This document shows positions 16,673 through 27,365 of a stretch of 60,097 nt of DNA, piece by piece. The notes below the pieces were generated by a model. It did not search any database. It was not told the origin of the DNA and worked only from the letters and a program-made list of their open reading frames with translations. The position numbers and the translations under genes are program-made. How positions within the stretch are numbered: position 1 is the first letter of the stretch; every line of letters starts with the position of its first letter. This DNA comes from a virus. The stretch lies in IMG/VR virus record IMGVR_UViG_3300025821_000001; one strand, written 5' to 3'.

Positions 16673-19600
16673 TTATAATGAACTCTCAGATATGAAGAAC
16701 TGAACTCCCATACTAGCTAACTTAGCTTGTGTGGTTGCGTCACTCAATAGTCTTATTGTTCCGTACTTACCTCTTAGGTCATAGCCCTCTAAAAGAGCGT
16801 TTGTCCTATTTGGTGTTAAAGTGTCTTGTCTAAATCCTGCTGCCCACTCATTAGGTTGGTACTCGCTGTAGTAGTTCTCAAATAGTTGACTTGTCTGATT
16901 ACCATCTTCTATGTTTATGTCTCCATCTGTTTCTGATGTCCATACACTGTTAGCTTCTAGCTCTATGGTTTGTAATCTTTTTTGTTTATCGGGGGCGGTG
17001 TTAAAAGGCATGGTAATCTCTGCGTTTTTAGCCACTCCATAAAGACTTCCATAAGCATTGTTAGTATTATGCACCCACAACCCGCCATCTTTAAAAGAGG
17101 AAAAGTCTACTCCCGTTGTAACCATATAGTCAGGGGTAATATCTGAAAATGATACCCAAGAGTTAGACGGCTCATTGAACATTGGAGTGTCTATTCTATA
17201 TCTTAACCAAGCTGCTGTTATTGTATTAGCACCTACTTCTAATACAATAGTAGCGTTATCATCACTGTTTACAGTAATACTTAACCCCGTTTGGTAATAA
17301 TAGTCTGTGCCATCAAAAAGAACTATGCCCTCTACAAGATCAGCTAAGTTACCACTAAATGCGTTCTTTAAAGTAAATGATAGATTTGAACTAGCTCCAC
17401 CCAAGCCTGTTGCTTGTGCGTAACCCATAATACTTACAGTATAGTTCTGTAACCTTTCATCATAAACTCCTAATATCTTTCTATCTGCTGCGTAAACATC
17501 CTTAACGTCAAGGTTCTCATTGAACCACGTTGTCATTCCGTAGTCACTTATCTCTTGTATTCCGTTAGAGCTAAGTCTGCATATTGCATTATTCCTACTA
17601 CTTGGGAAATAGTGTGTTTCGTTATACTTATCAAACCCTTCTGGATTAGTCCCTATACCCCCATCATACTCATAGTAGTTAATACCGTTTAACAGTGCTG
17701 TTGTTTGGTAAGTAATCTCTGATGAATCTTGTTTTGCAAGTTCTTCAAGAATACCTATCTGCCCTACCTTATCTTCAAAATAGACTATGAGCTGTTTGTT
17801 TTGTCTGAGTGATGCTTTCTGTATCGACCCAAAAGAGTCGTCATAAGTTTTAATAGAACTGCCAAGAACAATACTAAGTCCATTTGTCGTGCTTTGTGGT
17901 ATTATAGGCTGTGTAAATGCTATAGCTGCTCCCCTTTGAATTTGGTCTAATCCTGACTCTGTTACTACGTTAGGTCTTCCTATGGCTGTAACTGCTGAGT
18001 CGTAGTATGGAGAGAAGTCATTAGCTTCTGTTATCATGTGTTCTGTGTCATCAACAATTGACCCTCCAGTATATGTTACTATACCTAATGCGGGGGTTAG
18101 TCTACTCCAAGTGTCTCCTGCGTCTGTTATGTCTATAATAGCCCCTCTAACTGCGTTTTGTGTCTGCGTGTTCCCCGTATGGTATCCCCCTGTAATATTA
18201 TAGTGATGCCCTATCTCACTATATACAACAGGCTTGGTATTTGATGTAGGTCTAACTACTTCTGCTAAAATTATCCCTGCCTCATCCTTAGCAATACTAG
18301 GTGTAAGTGTAGACAGGTCAAAGTTAAACAATACGAAGTTGGTGTTTACTTCGTTTATCTTTATTAAGGGGGCTGAGTTAAAATATGTAAATACACCTGC
18401 TGTTGGGGACGCAGGAGGAGGGTCAGTTGTTGCATCCGTTTGGACATATTTTGCAATAGGTCTTATTAAATCTCCGTCAACATAGTTATACTGCTGTGCT
18501 TTTGAGCCAAATTCTTTTATATTAAAATCATTTACTGAAAAAATGCTAACTGCATATAGGTCGTTATTAAGAAAAGAAGGGGATATTGTTATAGCACCTG
18601 TCCAAGAAGATGTATTATGTGAAATAGTCTCGTCTGTGAATGTGCCACTAGCTACCCCTATCAATAAACTTCCTGCTGTTGAATTGGATACATCTCCGTA
18701 TCCTACAATAAGCCCAACAGCAGATGCGCCATCAACTTGTTGTCCAATTAGGGGTAATGTACCTGTTCCTGCCGTGTATGAAACATTTATAACATAGTAT
18801 GCGCCACAAAATATTTGTAGTAACTCAGGTGCATTTTTAGCATATAATATATCGTAGCTGTCTGCGTCTGTTGGGGGGGTGTTTTCTATTATTACTCTAG
18901 CTGAAACTGAGCCGTCATTAGTAGTTGAATCAAATCCCTCAGAATAAAAACTATCTAACGGTATGGCAGAGCTTCTACGTCCATTCTTGTTGTATTGAAG
19001 TGCGAAGAAGTGTTCTCTGTATCTCTTAAAGTTGGGTTCTGATACTGTTGTATTATCTATGCCTATGAGACCTATTCCTACTGATGTTATTCCTGTTGTT
19101 GGTGTGTATGGGGATACTTGCTGGTTTACCCCATATATAAGCCTTACGACACTCCCTACAGCGTAGGCTACTATTCCTCCAAACCCTAAATATCTTGTAT
19201 CAACGCTATTTATTTGGTCTGCTATAAACTGAGCAAAGCTAGATTGTGTTTCCCCCTTTCTTGCTCTTGCTGTTATACTTACTACTTGCGATGCTGGTGT
19301 TACGGGAATACTCCCCGTAACAAGTAGGTTTAAATTTATGCCGAACGTATACCCATACTGTAACCCGCTATTAACGGTCAGTGTTTTAAAATGAGGTGAT
19401 GTATTAATTAAAATATCAAAATTAGGGTTGTAGTATGACCCCGCAGTTAATATAGATGTACCATTAAAAGTAATTGTAGATGATGAACCTGATGATCTTG
19501 TATTATAAATAGGTAGTGTTTGTCCTGCTACTTCTACATCTGCATCAAATCCCTCAGTGATGTTTAAAAAAGCTAGTACGTTACTTGGGAGAAATACTAC

Positions 19601-20575
19601 TTCTTTTGCTCTTGGGGGGATAAAAGAAAAAGGCATAGCCATCTCTGTCTGGTCTACCGCTTCTAGTGGTTCATCCCCTGTATAAACAATAGCTACCCTG
19701 TCGGTCTGATTTAGGTCTATCTCATCATAGGTAAGCTCTCTGAACTTATACCATATACCCATTGTATTATCGTCTGCCCCTGACTGAACAAGCAGTTCTA
19801 CCTTTTCTACTTGGTCACTGTCAGGTAACTCAACAGGTATTGTAATTGCGTTATCATAGTAAAATGAATCCGAAAAAGTTTGTGCCTCTTGTTTTAATTC
19901 CTCGTACTGAGGGTGTGTTAGTTTTGATATTCTTGATGGGTGTGTTCTAAACCCTCCCTTATACACATATCTTGTTCTAAACTTGTATAGCTTACCTACT
20001 AAGTTATTCTTTTTTATAGATGATGAACTAAAGAAATTTGGCTCTAATGGTGTGGGGTTTGGTATCTTGTAAAGCTCTACTAATGCTCTGTTAGCTGTTG
20101 TGATTGTTGTTGCGGGTAGGTTCTCTAAATCAATACAGCCTATCTCTTGGTCTTCCTGAGTCCAAACTAAATATCTGTCAAGTACAAGAACAATACCTGT
20201 GATAAGTTCGTTGAACATGAAACCTAGTCCTACTCCCTCTGCCAACTGAGTAAATGCTCCGTCTGATAAATTATACCCGTAGCTTACTACTTCATGGTCT
20301 CCATTACCATTCCAAATAAAGTAATATACTGTCTCTAGTCCCTTATCATCATACGCTCCTATGCAGATGTTATCTCCTGCATTTAGTGTGTAAGATTTAG
20401 AGGTGTTTCCCTTTAGGTTTGTGACTACAAAGTTATTGCCATTAACCATATAAGATACGTTCCTAGCGTTTGTATAGAAACCATTTTGGACATAGCGGGG
20501 GTCTGTGTCTTTATCCATTCCACCTTTTCTAGCTCCACCACCGCTATTTACAAATATTCTTTTATCTACAGGCAT
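16673..20575 (-). CDS. large tail/nozzle-type structural protein (1300 aa)
   Basis: 3.9-kb ORF in the structural arm, beta-rich composition. Assignment is by size and position only. Confidence 0.45.
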   Translation of the reverse strand: MPVDKRIFVNSGGGARKGGMDKDTDPRYVQNGFYTNARNVSYMVNGNNFVVTNLKGNTSKSYTLNAGDNICIGAYDDKGLETVYYFIWNGNGDHEVVSYGYNLSDGAFTQLAEGVGLGFMFNELITGIVLVLDRYLVWTQEDQEIGCIDLENLPATTITTANRALVELYKIPNPTPLEPNFFSSSSIKKNNLVGKLYKFRTRYVYKGGFRTHPSRISKLTHPQYEELKQEAQTFSDSFYYDNAITIPVELPDSDQVEKVELLVQSGADDNTMGIWYKFRELTYDEIDLNQTDRVAIVYTGDEPLEAVDQTEMAMPFSFIPPRAKEVVFLPSNVLAFLNITEGFDADVEVAGQTLPIYNTRSSGSSSTITFNGTSILTAGSYYNPNFDILINTSPHFKTLTVNSGLQYGYTFGINLNLLVTGSIPVTPASQVVSITARARKGETQSSFAQFIADQINSVDTRYLGFGGIVAYAVGSVVRLIYGVNQQVSPYTPTTGITSVGIGLIGIDNTTVSEPNFKRYREHFFALQYNKNGRRSSAIPLDSFYSEGFDSTTNDGSVSARVIIENTPPTDADSYDILYAKNAPELLQIFCGAYYVINVSYTAGTGTLPLIGQQVDGASAVGLIVGYGDVSNSTAGSLLIGVASGTFTDETISHNTSSWTGAITISPSFLNNDLYAVSIFSVNDFNIKEFGSKAQQYNYVDGDLIRPIAKYVQTDATTDPPPASPTAGVFTYFNSAPLIKINEVNTNFVLFNFDLSTLTPSIAKDEAGIILAEVVRPTSNTKPVVYSEIGHHYNITGGYHTGNTQTQNAVRGAIIDITDAGDTWSRLTPALGIVTYTGGSIVDDTEHMITEANDFSPYYDSAVTAIGRPNVVTESGLDQIQRGAAIAFTQPIIPQSTTNGLSIVLGSSIKTYDDSFGSIQKASLRQNKQLIVYFEDKVGQIGILEELAKQDSSEITYQTTALLNGINYYEYDGGIGTNPEGFDKYNETHYFPSSRNNAICRLSSNGIQEISDYGMTTWFNENLDVKDVYAADRKILGVYDERLQNYTVSIMGYAQATGLGGASSNLSFTLKNAFSGNLADLVEGIVLFDGTDYYYQTGLSITVNSDDNATIVLEVGANTITAAWLRYRIDTPMFNEPSNSWVSFSDITPDYMVTTGVDFSSFKDGGLWVHNTNNAYGSLYGVAKNAEITMPFNTAPDKQKRLQTIELEANSVWTSETDGDINIEDGNQTSQLFENYYSEYQPNEWAAGFRQDTLTPNRTNALLEGYDLRGKYGTIRLLSDATTQAKLASMGVQFFISESSL

Positions 20576-20583
20576 CTAAAGGC

Positions 20584-21321
20584 TTAAAATTTAGGCGTTT
20601 GCGAAAAATTACGTCTTATAATATCTAATAGTTCTGTTTGGCTCATTCCCCCGAAGCGTACTCTAGCCCAGTTCTTAGCGTTCACATAACTCTTTTCTAG
20701 TTGATGTGCTGCTTGAGTACCTACAAACCATCGCTGAGACTTCCACATAGCGTATCGCATTAGTGGCTCTCTTAAAAACTCATGTACATGAAACTTACCA
20801 TTTACCTGCTCGGGTCTTGCTATGTAGTCCAATACTACAACAGAGGAAGTAAGATTGCTTGACAGCTCTATTCTGTTCTCTGCTCTGTTCATTCTAAACT
20901 CTCCTGCTGTACTTCTCCCACCTACTCCATAGTACGCTCCTATAATCTCTCCGTTTTGGTAGTGATTAACTGATGAAGAACTTGCTGTTCCTATTCCGTA
21001 GGCTAGGTTATTTTGTTGGGGAGATGAAATGTTACCGCAATTATCAAGCCCCTTAAAGATGTTTTGGTTACGCCCAAGAAAGACTAACCCTCCCCCTGCT
21101 GTAACTACTCCTATCTTTACTTCCTTTACAAAGTCGTCAGGTAGTTGTACCGTTCCCATAGAGTCAGGCTCAATCTCCTTACGCTTCATATATCCATTGA
21201 CATCGTAGTGTAAGTCCTCTAAACCTCTTACCATAAGCGTTAATAAATGCTCATAGTCATGTTGGGTATTAGAACCTAGTTCTGCTTGTAAATCTTCTAT
21301 TACGCTGTCTAATGTTATCAT
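20584..21321 (-). CDS. hypothetical structural-module protein (245 aa)
   Basis: ORF track; 4-nt overlap with upstream ORF; lies between capsid and tail genes. Confidence 0.55.
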   Translation of the reverse strand: MITLDSVIEDLQAELGSNTQHDYEHLLTLMVRGLEDLHYDVNGYMKRKEIEPDSMGTVQLPDDFVKEVKIGVVTAGGGLVFLGRNQNIFKGLDNCGNISSPQQNNLAYGIGTASSSSVNHYQNGEIIGAYYGVGGRSTAGEFRMNRAENRIELSSNLTSSVVVLDYIARPEQVNGKFHVHEFLREPLMRYAMWKSQRWFVGTQAAHQLEKSYVNAKNWARVRFGGMSQTELLDIIRRNFSQTPKF

Positions 21322-21935
21322 TGAGAGATGTTGTCATTTTGTAAGTCCTGTGGTATGCCCTTTTGGAGTTGGTAGAGTTCAACAGCCATCTTCATAATAT
21401 CTGTAATGGCTGAGTCATCTATTGGGAAGTAATCATCTTCGTCAAGGTCTGAGTGATTAGGTATAAGATACATCAACAGCTTACAATCAGTGTTCATCTC
21501 TTGAAGGTAAACTAATCTATCTTCTACCAATACATATCCTGTCTTACCTTCTAGTCTTTGGGACATATTGTTTCTTCTACTTGAAAGAAATCCTATTGAT
21601 GTGGGAATAAATGCTTCTTCGGGCTTCCCTGCGTAATGAACTAGATACACTCCCTGATCTTTAGGAAGTGATATAACGCTCACAGGAAGGTCTGAGAAGT
21701 ATCGTAAGCGATCTTCGTCCCACTTTACTTCTCCTTCATACTCAGCTACCCAATTACCGCTTACAGTCCTTGTAAATGCTTTGTTTTGAAGTATGTTTAT
21801 TTTGACGTAACTTGCTGTGGCTTGCCCTACTGCCGCCATAGCTGTTTGAATGTCAAACTTAGCATCCGTTGTGGCTGACGGGTAGAGTAATTCTTGGAGT
21901 TGGTTTCCGTAATATCTCTTTGTCCTTGTAGCCAT
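21318..21935 (-). CDS. hypothetical structural-module protein (205 aa)
   Basis: ORF track; tight packing with neighbours. Confidence 0.55.
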   Translation of the reverse strand: MATRTKRYYGNQLQELLYPSATTDAKFDIQTAMAAVGQATASYVKINILQNKAFTRTVSGNWVAEYEGEVKWDEDRLRYFSDLPVSVISLPKDQGVYLVHYAGKPEEAFIPTSIGFLSSRRNNMSQRLEGKTGYVLVEDRLVYLQEMNTDCKLLMYLIPNHSDLDEDDYFPIDDSAITDIMKMAVELYQLQKGIPQDLQNDNISQ

Positions 21936-21937
21936 TT

Positions 21938-22648
21938 TTATTCTTGTGTTTTAAGTGCTTGTCCTGCTTGTACTAAGTCGGATTGTCTTACTGTTACTCC
22001 TAGTAGCTCTGCTATCTGCCAAATCAATTCATCTTTAAACTGATAAGGAAGGTCAAAGTCCGTACTGTTTCCTGCTGTTACTCCTGCGTTGGGGTTTGTA
22101 AGGCTTCCTCCTGTTGCTGCGTAAACCTCTTCGTTGTTTACTATTGTCCTGTTCCAAAAAGGTATTAACGGCTCTCGTAAGTAAATTAGGTCAACTACTC
22201 CTGTTGTCTTAGGGTAAACTTGTAAAAAGTTTTCATACTCTGCTACTATTGGGAATCTTGTTGTGGGGGATTTGAATTTATTTCCTAATCTCTCTCCTAA
22301 CTCATTGTCACTTACAAAGTCAATAGCGTTTACCGATGGTTCACTCTGTCCCCTCTTGTTTAGATTAAACACCGTCTTAGACATTGTAATGTAATACATA
22401 TAGTCTGATGGCTTAGTGAGTTGCCCTGTGTTGGGGTCTACGTTAAATGATGTCTTCTTTTTAAGTGGCGACAGTGCATCAGATGAAATTAACCCCGCCT
22501 CGAACTTCTTGCGCTGATTAGTGATAATCATGTCCTGAGCTAAGGGGGCATACTTGTTGAACTTATCCGCGTTTAGATATATTGTCTTTTGGTCTTTAGC
22601 GCATATTAGTTCAACCCTTTCTTTTACTTCGTTTGTGCTAATTGCCAT
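21938..22648 (-). CDS. hypothetical structural-module protein (236 aa)
   Basis: ORF track; tight packing with neighbours. Confidence 0.55.
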   Translation of the reverse strand: MAISTNEVKERVELICAKDQKTIYLNADKFNKYAPLAQDMIITNQRKKFEAGLISSDALSPLKKKTSFNVDPNTGQLTKPSDYMYYITMSKTVFNLNKRGQSEPSVNAIDFVSDNELGERLGNKFKSPTTRFPIVAEYENFLQVYPKTTGVVDLIYLREPLIPFWNRTIVNNEEVYAATGGSLTNPNAGVTAGNSTDFDLPYQFKDELIWQIAELLGVTVRQSDLVQAGQALKTQE

Positions 22649-22651
22649 ATA

Positions 22652-23479
22652 TTAAGGTACTTGTAGTGCTGGTATTGCAACTGTTCTAACAGCACCTCCT
22701 AAGTTAACATTCACCCTTATGTAAAATACGGGGTTACCTGCTACGGGGGCATTAGTAAAAGTTGCTGTGTTTCCCCCTGCTATTATTTTGGGGTCTTTTA
22801 TATTTAGAAATATATTTTGCTTTGAGTCTATGTCTAATGGGTATTTAGGCTTTCCAATCTTTATACCAACAAACCCACTATCTAATCCTATTGACATATT
22901 TGTGTCAGCACCGTTTAGAAAAAGATTTTGTTTGGGGTCTAGTAAAAGTCTTGTGGACATTGAATCTACCTTAAGGGCTATACCGCCTCCTGTCCCTCCT
23001 GTCTTAAACTCTATGGATTGATTTACTAAGTCACCTCCAACAGAGAAGTCTAAAGATTGAGATGTAAGTGTTGTCATAGTGTCTGCTTGTCGGACAAGTA
23101 TTTTTGTATTATCTACCGCTGATCTGAAGCTTAAAGATGATGTAGCTGTGTCTAGTGTGAATTGTGGTGGGGAGTAAACAGAGTCTTCTGCCCCAAATAC
23201 TGCTAACCTACCTGCTACTCCACTTCCCTTTAGAGCCCCTTCTCCTCCACTAGATGCTATAATTTTATAATATCCACTTGCTGCGCTTCCTGTTGTGTCT
23301 AATGAAAGTTTTGTAGCGTTACCTACCACGCTAATAGCGGTGGTTTTTACGAACAATGTGTCAGACATCCTCAAGTTTCCGTTGAACTCATAATACCCGT
23401 TCATTGGTTTATACCCTATTTGTGCAACACCTGTCGCGCAAATCAAAGTAAAAATTAATGTATATAGTAAATTTTTCAT
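22652..23479 (-). CDS. structural-module protein with N-terminal Sec-type signal peptide (275 aa)
   Basis: MKNLLYTLIFTLICATGVAQ-IGYKP: a basic residue, a hydrophobic core and an A-x-Q cleavage-type site. The rest is G/S/T-rich. Confidence 0.55.
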   Translation of the reverse strand: MKNLLYTLIFTLICATGVAQIGYKPMNGYYEFNGNLRMSDTLFVKTTAISVVGNATKLSLDTTGSAASGYYKIIASSGGEGALKGSGVAGRLAVFGAEDSVYSPPQFTLDTATSSLSFRSAVDNTKILVRQADTMTTLTSQSLDFSVGGDLVNQSIEFKTGGTGGGIALKVDSMSTRLLLDPKQNLFLNGADTNMSIGLDSGFVGIKIGKPKYPLDIDSKQNIFLNIKDPKIIAGGNTATFTNAPVAGNPVFYIRVNVNLGGAVRTVAIPALQVP

Positions 23480-23483
23480 TATT

Positions 23484-24713
23484 TTATTTTAGTATTAATA
23501 TCTTACCTATTACTCCTGCGGGTTGCCCTACAGAAAAAGTTATTGTTCCTGTTGAGCTTACAAATGATGCTGTATCTTGTACGTTATCTAACCAAAGGAT
23601 AAAGTCGTTCTGAGAGCTTGTGTAAACCTTATTAATTAAATCGTTTGATTGATATGTAGATTGACCGCTTGTGGTGGTAAAGTTTAAAATTCTACCTACA
23701 CTTACACTGCTGCCTGTTATTGGTACAATTAGTGTTGGGTTTCCATCTGAACAAGAGCAATCTCCTTTACAGTCTGCAAGGTTCTTAATATCTTGTACCC
23801 AAGCATTAACGTCACTTGTCTTACTACAACTAAACGCTGCTGAGATAAATGTTAAATACGAGCCTATTAGGGCTTGCTTCTGTAACATTCTTTGTTTAGC
23901 GTCTCCTGTTGCTAGTTGTATTCTATCATAGAACTCACTAATGCAACAGAACACATCACAAATAGAAGTGTCGCTCTCTACGTTGATATAAGCGTCTGCT
24001 GTTACTGCATCGTTTAGAGAGTAAGAAAAGAAAGTGGCAGTCCAATCATTTGTCGTGCCACTAACTGTTCTTGCTGAATAATCCCAAGTGTTTATAGCTG
24101 ATAGGGTCGCTTGTTGTTGCCCTGTATAAAAGCGTTGGGTTGTTAATTCAGTACTTGATGTAGTGCTTGCTGCTTCTCCTGTACTACTAGGGTAGTAAAG
24201 AGTTAATGTCCTAGCTGTTGTTGGGGTTATATTATTTACAACATAAGATGTTACATCTGTCACCGTGATTAGTGGTGAAGTGGGTGTAAGGTCTAATGAT
24301 GTATCTAATTGCCCCGTAGGAAGAGTAAAACTATTGTCAATTGTAATAACGTTGGTAATGGCAGAGGCGAATCCTTCTACTACACTATAGGTAACTTTAA
24401 TCTCCCCCTGTGCAAAAGCAGTGCTGCCTGTTATGGTAGGTAACTGAATTGGAATAGTGGTTGTCCTAGCTCTTGTTAAATCTTCATTAGCCTGACCTGC
24501 GCTAGACCCGTCAATATCAGGGGCTGTTGAAATGTTAGCTAAATTGTCATAATAAGTTACCCCGTCTACCTCTATTTTGATAGCAGCCTTTACGTCAGCG
24601 AGTGTTACCCCATTGCCTGTGTAGTCTGTGGTGTCTGTAAACGTATAGGAAGGGACTGATGCGTCCCTATCCTCTACGATTGCTAGTTTTAATATACCTT
24701 GTGATAATGCCAT
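23484..24713 (-). CDS. Thr/Ser-rich structural-module protein with C-terminal Cys cluster (409 aa)
   Basis: ORF track; T/S-rich; Cys cluster CDVFCCISEF...FSCSK...CKGDCSCSDG. Confidence 0.55.
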   Translation of the reverse strand: MALSQGILKLAIVEDRDASVPSYTFTDTTDYTGNGVTLADVKAAIKIEVDGVTYYDNLANISTAPDIDGSSAGQANEDLTRARTTTIPIQLPTITGSTAFAQGEIKVTYSVVEGFASAITNVITIDNSFTLPTGQLDTSLDLTPTSPLITVTDVTSYVVNNITPTTARTLTLYYPSSTGEAASTTSSTELTTQRFYTGQQQATLSAINTWDYSARTVSGTTNDWTATFFSYSLNDAVTADAYINVESDTSICDVFCCISEFYDRIQLATGDAKQRMLQKQALIGSYLTFISAAFSCSKTSDVNAWVQDIKNLADCKGDCSCSDGNPTLIVPITGSSVSVGRILNFTTTSGQSTYQSNDLINKVYTSSQNDFILWLDNVQDTASFVSSTGTITFSVGQPAGVIGKILILK

Positions 24714-24717
24714 TTTG

Positions 24718-25881
24718 TTATTTACTGTTGACTTGTGTTACCCATTTTTCATATATGGCTTGGAAAACATCTGAGTTCTCTTCAAGTAACAAGTAACCTT
24801 TAGCTCCTGCATATCCCCTCTTACCGCTATTGTCAATTAGGTGGATGTCATTGAACTTAATGTCTGCTCCTGATACTTGGTCGAAAATCTTAAAATCATT
24901 TTCCTTGTCCTTGTGCCAATTAATAAACGCATCTGCAAGTTGCTCCTTACTTCCATTGTCCATAAGGTCTTGTAAATCATTTACGTCTTTTGCTTCCCTT
25001 CCTGAGTTAATCTCTCCTCGTCCTATCTTTCTACGAATAGCAGAGTAAGTTTCGGGGGATTTCTCTTGAAGGTATCTTGCAGCAAAGGTTAACTTGTCTG
25101 AACCTTGTTCGGCTTTACAGATAACATCTCCTGTCTTAGCGTCTGCTAAAACATCGTTATACTGTCCTGTCCAAGCAAGAACATTCATGTCTGTTGCTGT
25201 AAGAATATCATATTTTTGATGTAAGTAGTTATCTTCAATAGTAGACTCAAATAAATTTGAATCTCTTTTAGATAGTCTAATTAAATACCATCGTATTTCT
25301 TTTGGTGAAAGTTGTAAAAGCTCGTTTTGATGTTTTACTTCTCCTGATACTCTAACTGTTGCTAAAGCCTTGTCAAAGTCCATCTCTCTTGCTTGCTTCT
25401 CTAACTTAAACTCTTTTTCTGTGTTTGCAATGTAGTTCTCTGCTGACTCTTCTGCATTAAACTCAAAGAAGGTCTTGTTGTTGTAGTTGTACTTCTGTGA
25501 GTTCTTCTTGTTGAATCTACATTTTCTAAGAAAATCTAGTTGGGTTTCATCGTGTGCATCTACTCGAAGTCTACCGTCAATAAAATAAATAGGTGTACAC
25601 TTAATGTTACCTAGTTTGTATTGCTGTAAATCCCATTTTTCGTACTGCTCGTCTACCCAAATTGATGCTTCTGACGCTGAATAACGAATCATTACCTCTC
25701 TTCCCTTTGTTGGGGAGTTAAGGCGGTCATCCACTACCATGCAAAAGGAAGGAAATCTTAATCCTGCATTATAAGGTACTGTTACCATTCTTTCGTCATC
25801 AATTACTTTTTTGAGTGTTCCTCTTTCGTTTGCTTTACTTAGAAAAAACTCTACTGTGTCTTGTTTTATTACTGTCTCCAT
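24718..25881 (-). CDS. hypothetical protein (387 aa)
   Basis: ORF track; first gene after the hairpin that follows the capsid gene; no motif recognised. Confidence 0.6.
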   Translation of the reverse strand: METVIKQDTVEFFLSKANERGTLKKVIDDERMVTVPYNAGLRFPSFCMVVDDRLNSPTKGREVMIRYSASEASIWVDEQYEKWDLQQYKLGNIKCTPIYFIDGRLRVDAHDETQLDFLRKCRFNKKNSQKYNYNNKTFFEFNAEESAENYIANTEKEFKLEKQAREMDFDKALATVRVSGEVKHQNELLQLSPKEIRWYLIRLSKRDSNLFESTIEDNYLHQKYDILTATDMNVLAWTGQYNDVLADAKTGDVICKAEQGSDKLTFAARYLQEKSPETYSAIRRKIGRGEINSGREAKDVNDLQDLMDNGSKEQLADAFINWHKDKENDFKIFDQVSGADIKFNDIHLIDNSGKRGYAGAKGYLLLEENSDVFQAIYEKWVTQVNSK

Positions 25882-25921
25882 TTTAACTTTAATTTAATCT
25901 ATTTTAATGTTTTTTAAGAAT

Positions 25922-25947
25922 GGGCGGGGGTTTATTGTTCCCCGCCC
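25922..25947 (-). terminator. GC-rich hairpin after the capsid gene (attenuator or terminator)
   Basis: GGGCGGGG (25922-25929) pairs with CCCCGCCC (25940-25947) around a 10-nt loop, 20 nt after the capsid stop. There is no clean U-tract on the minus strand. Confidence 0.5.
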
Positions 25948-25966
25948 TATTCCTATTGTTTACTTA

Positions 25967-27349
25967 CTATGAACCAACAAAGATTCCGAATCTGTTTGGA
26001 GCAAACGCTTCAAATCCAACTCTCTTTCTCATGTTGATAACCTCAGTGTCAGTACGGTCAGTAGCAGCTCGTCCTGCACCTCCTGTAATCCACTCTTTGT
26101 AACCCATATCCTCACCGTCAACGTTTCCGTAACGAAGAACACAAGCAGGTGTGCTGATTTTCTCACCTCCAAGATCAAATGCTGTAACATCTGTCATTGG
26201 AATAACAAGACCCATGTTCTTGTACTGAGAGTTAGCAGAACCAAAGTTCTTCTTGTTAGAGAAAGCGCGAAGTGTCTTAAAGTAGTAATGTACACCACCA
26301 TAAGTTACAGCGTTGAAACCGAAGTCAGCCATCTTGTCGTAGCTTACTCCACCTGCTTTCAAACCTTCTGATGTTCTAAGGATGTTGTCAACCTCAATCT
26401 GTAAAGGTTGAGAAGTAACCATCATGTTCTCAGCAGCACCAAGGTTAGTGCCAATAGCCAAACTCATGTTCTCCAAATCTTGAAGTGACCATGAACCTGC
26501 TGTATAGCCTTCCTCATTTCCGTAGTTACGGATGAAAGGAATCAAACCTTCTGTAGTGTTTGTACCTGAGTAAGTAGCACTTGTAGAAGTGATTTTCTTA
26601 CCTGTGAAGATGATTGCGTCACAAGTATCCTCAAAGCGGAAACGAGTGTTCAAGATACCTCTGTAGTAGTACTTAGCACTTCCGTCAGACTCTACTAAGG
26701 CTTCTTGTAACATTGCTGTTCCTGTAGACTTGTAACCTTCTGCGATAGTGTGAAGTTTGTTTTCGTACTTGATGTCACGAATCTCACGATTCTCAGGAGT
26801 TGATCCACCTTCTGCTTCTGCACGACCAATAGTGAAGATTTCTTCTGTTGCTAAACCTGCTGGAATAACATCGCCTGTTTGCATTGTCTCTACATCAAAA
26901 GTAGAAGTAGCTCCTTCTGATACTGCTGTTACAATTACATGAATAGCACTAGAACCTAATTCTAATACATCTCCAACTCTTGGTGTAGCTGCGTAGCTAG
27001 TAGTAGAACTTGTGTAGATAGTTTGACCCGCTGGAGGGTAGCTGTAGTTGTAGTTAGAGTCTACAGTGAAAGTTGCAGTTGCAGCAAGGGACGTATAAGA
27101 TGCTGTTACGCGAATAATCTCATCTCTGTAATCCTCCTCGAAGTGAGAATATACGTTACCTGTTGCTACTTGCTTAGTCATTCCCATTTGAGAGAATAAC
27201 TCTTGTAGACCTAATTGATTACGACCAAAACGCTTAGTTACTTCTGATCTTACATCTTCTGCTGCGTTCTCGTAAATTGCTAAAAGTTCACTTGACGTTA
27301 ACGCATTTGCGTTTAATTGTGGAAGTGAATATGAACTTGGTGTTGCCAT
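25967..27349 (-). CDS. major capsid protein (by position and expression signature)
   Basis: 460 aa directly downstream of the scaffold-like gene. Codon usage differs visibly from the rest of the genome (no GGGG or CCCC run in 1.4 kb). A GC hairpin follows the stop. Confidence 0.6.
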   Translation of the reverse strand: MATPSSYSLPQLNANALTSSELLAIYENAAEDVRSEVTKRFGRNQLGLQELFSQMGMTKQVATGNVYSHFEEDYRDEIIRVTASYTSLAATATFTVDSNYNYSYPPAGQTIYTSSTTSYAATPRVGDVLELGSSAIHVIVTAVSEGATSTFDVETMQTGDVIPAGLATEEIFTIGRAEAEGGSTPENREIRDIKYENKLHTIAEGYKSTGTAMLQEALVESDGSAKYYYRGILNTRFRFEDTCDAIIFTGKKITSTSATYSGTNTTEGLIPFIRNYGNEEGYTAGSWSLQDLENMSLAIGTNLGAAENMMVTSQPLQIEVDNILRTSEGLKAGGVSYDKMADFGFNAVTYGGVHYYFKTLRAFSNKKNFGSANSQYKNMGLVIPMTDVTAFDLGGEKISTPACVLRYGNVDGEDMGYKEWITGGAGRAATDRTDTEVINMRKRVGFEAFAPNRFGIFVGS

Positions 27350-27365
27350 GTTTTATTTTTTATTA

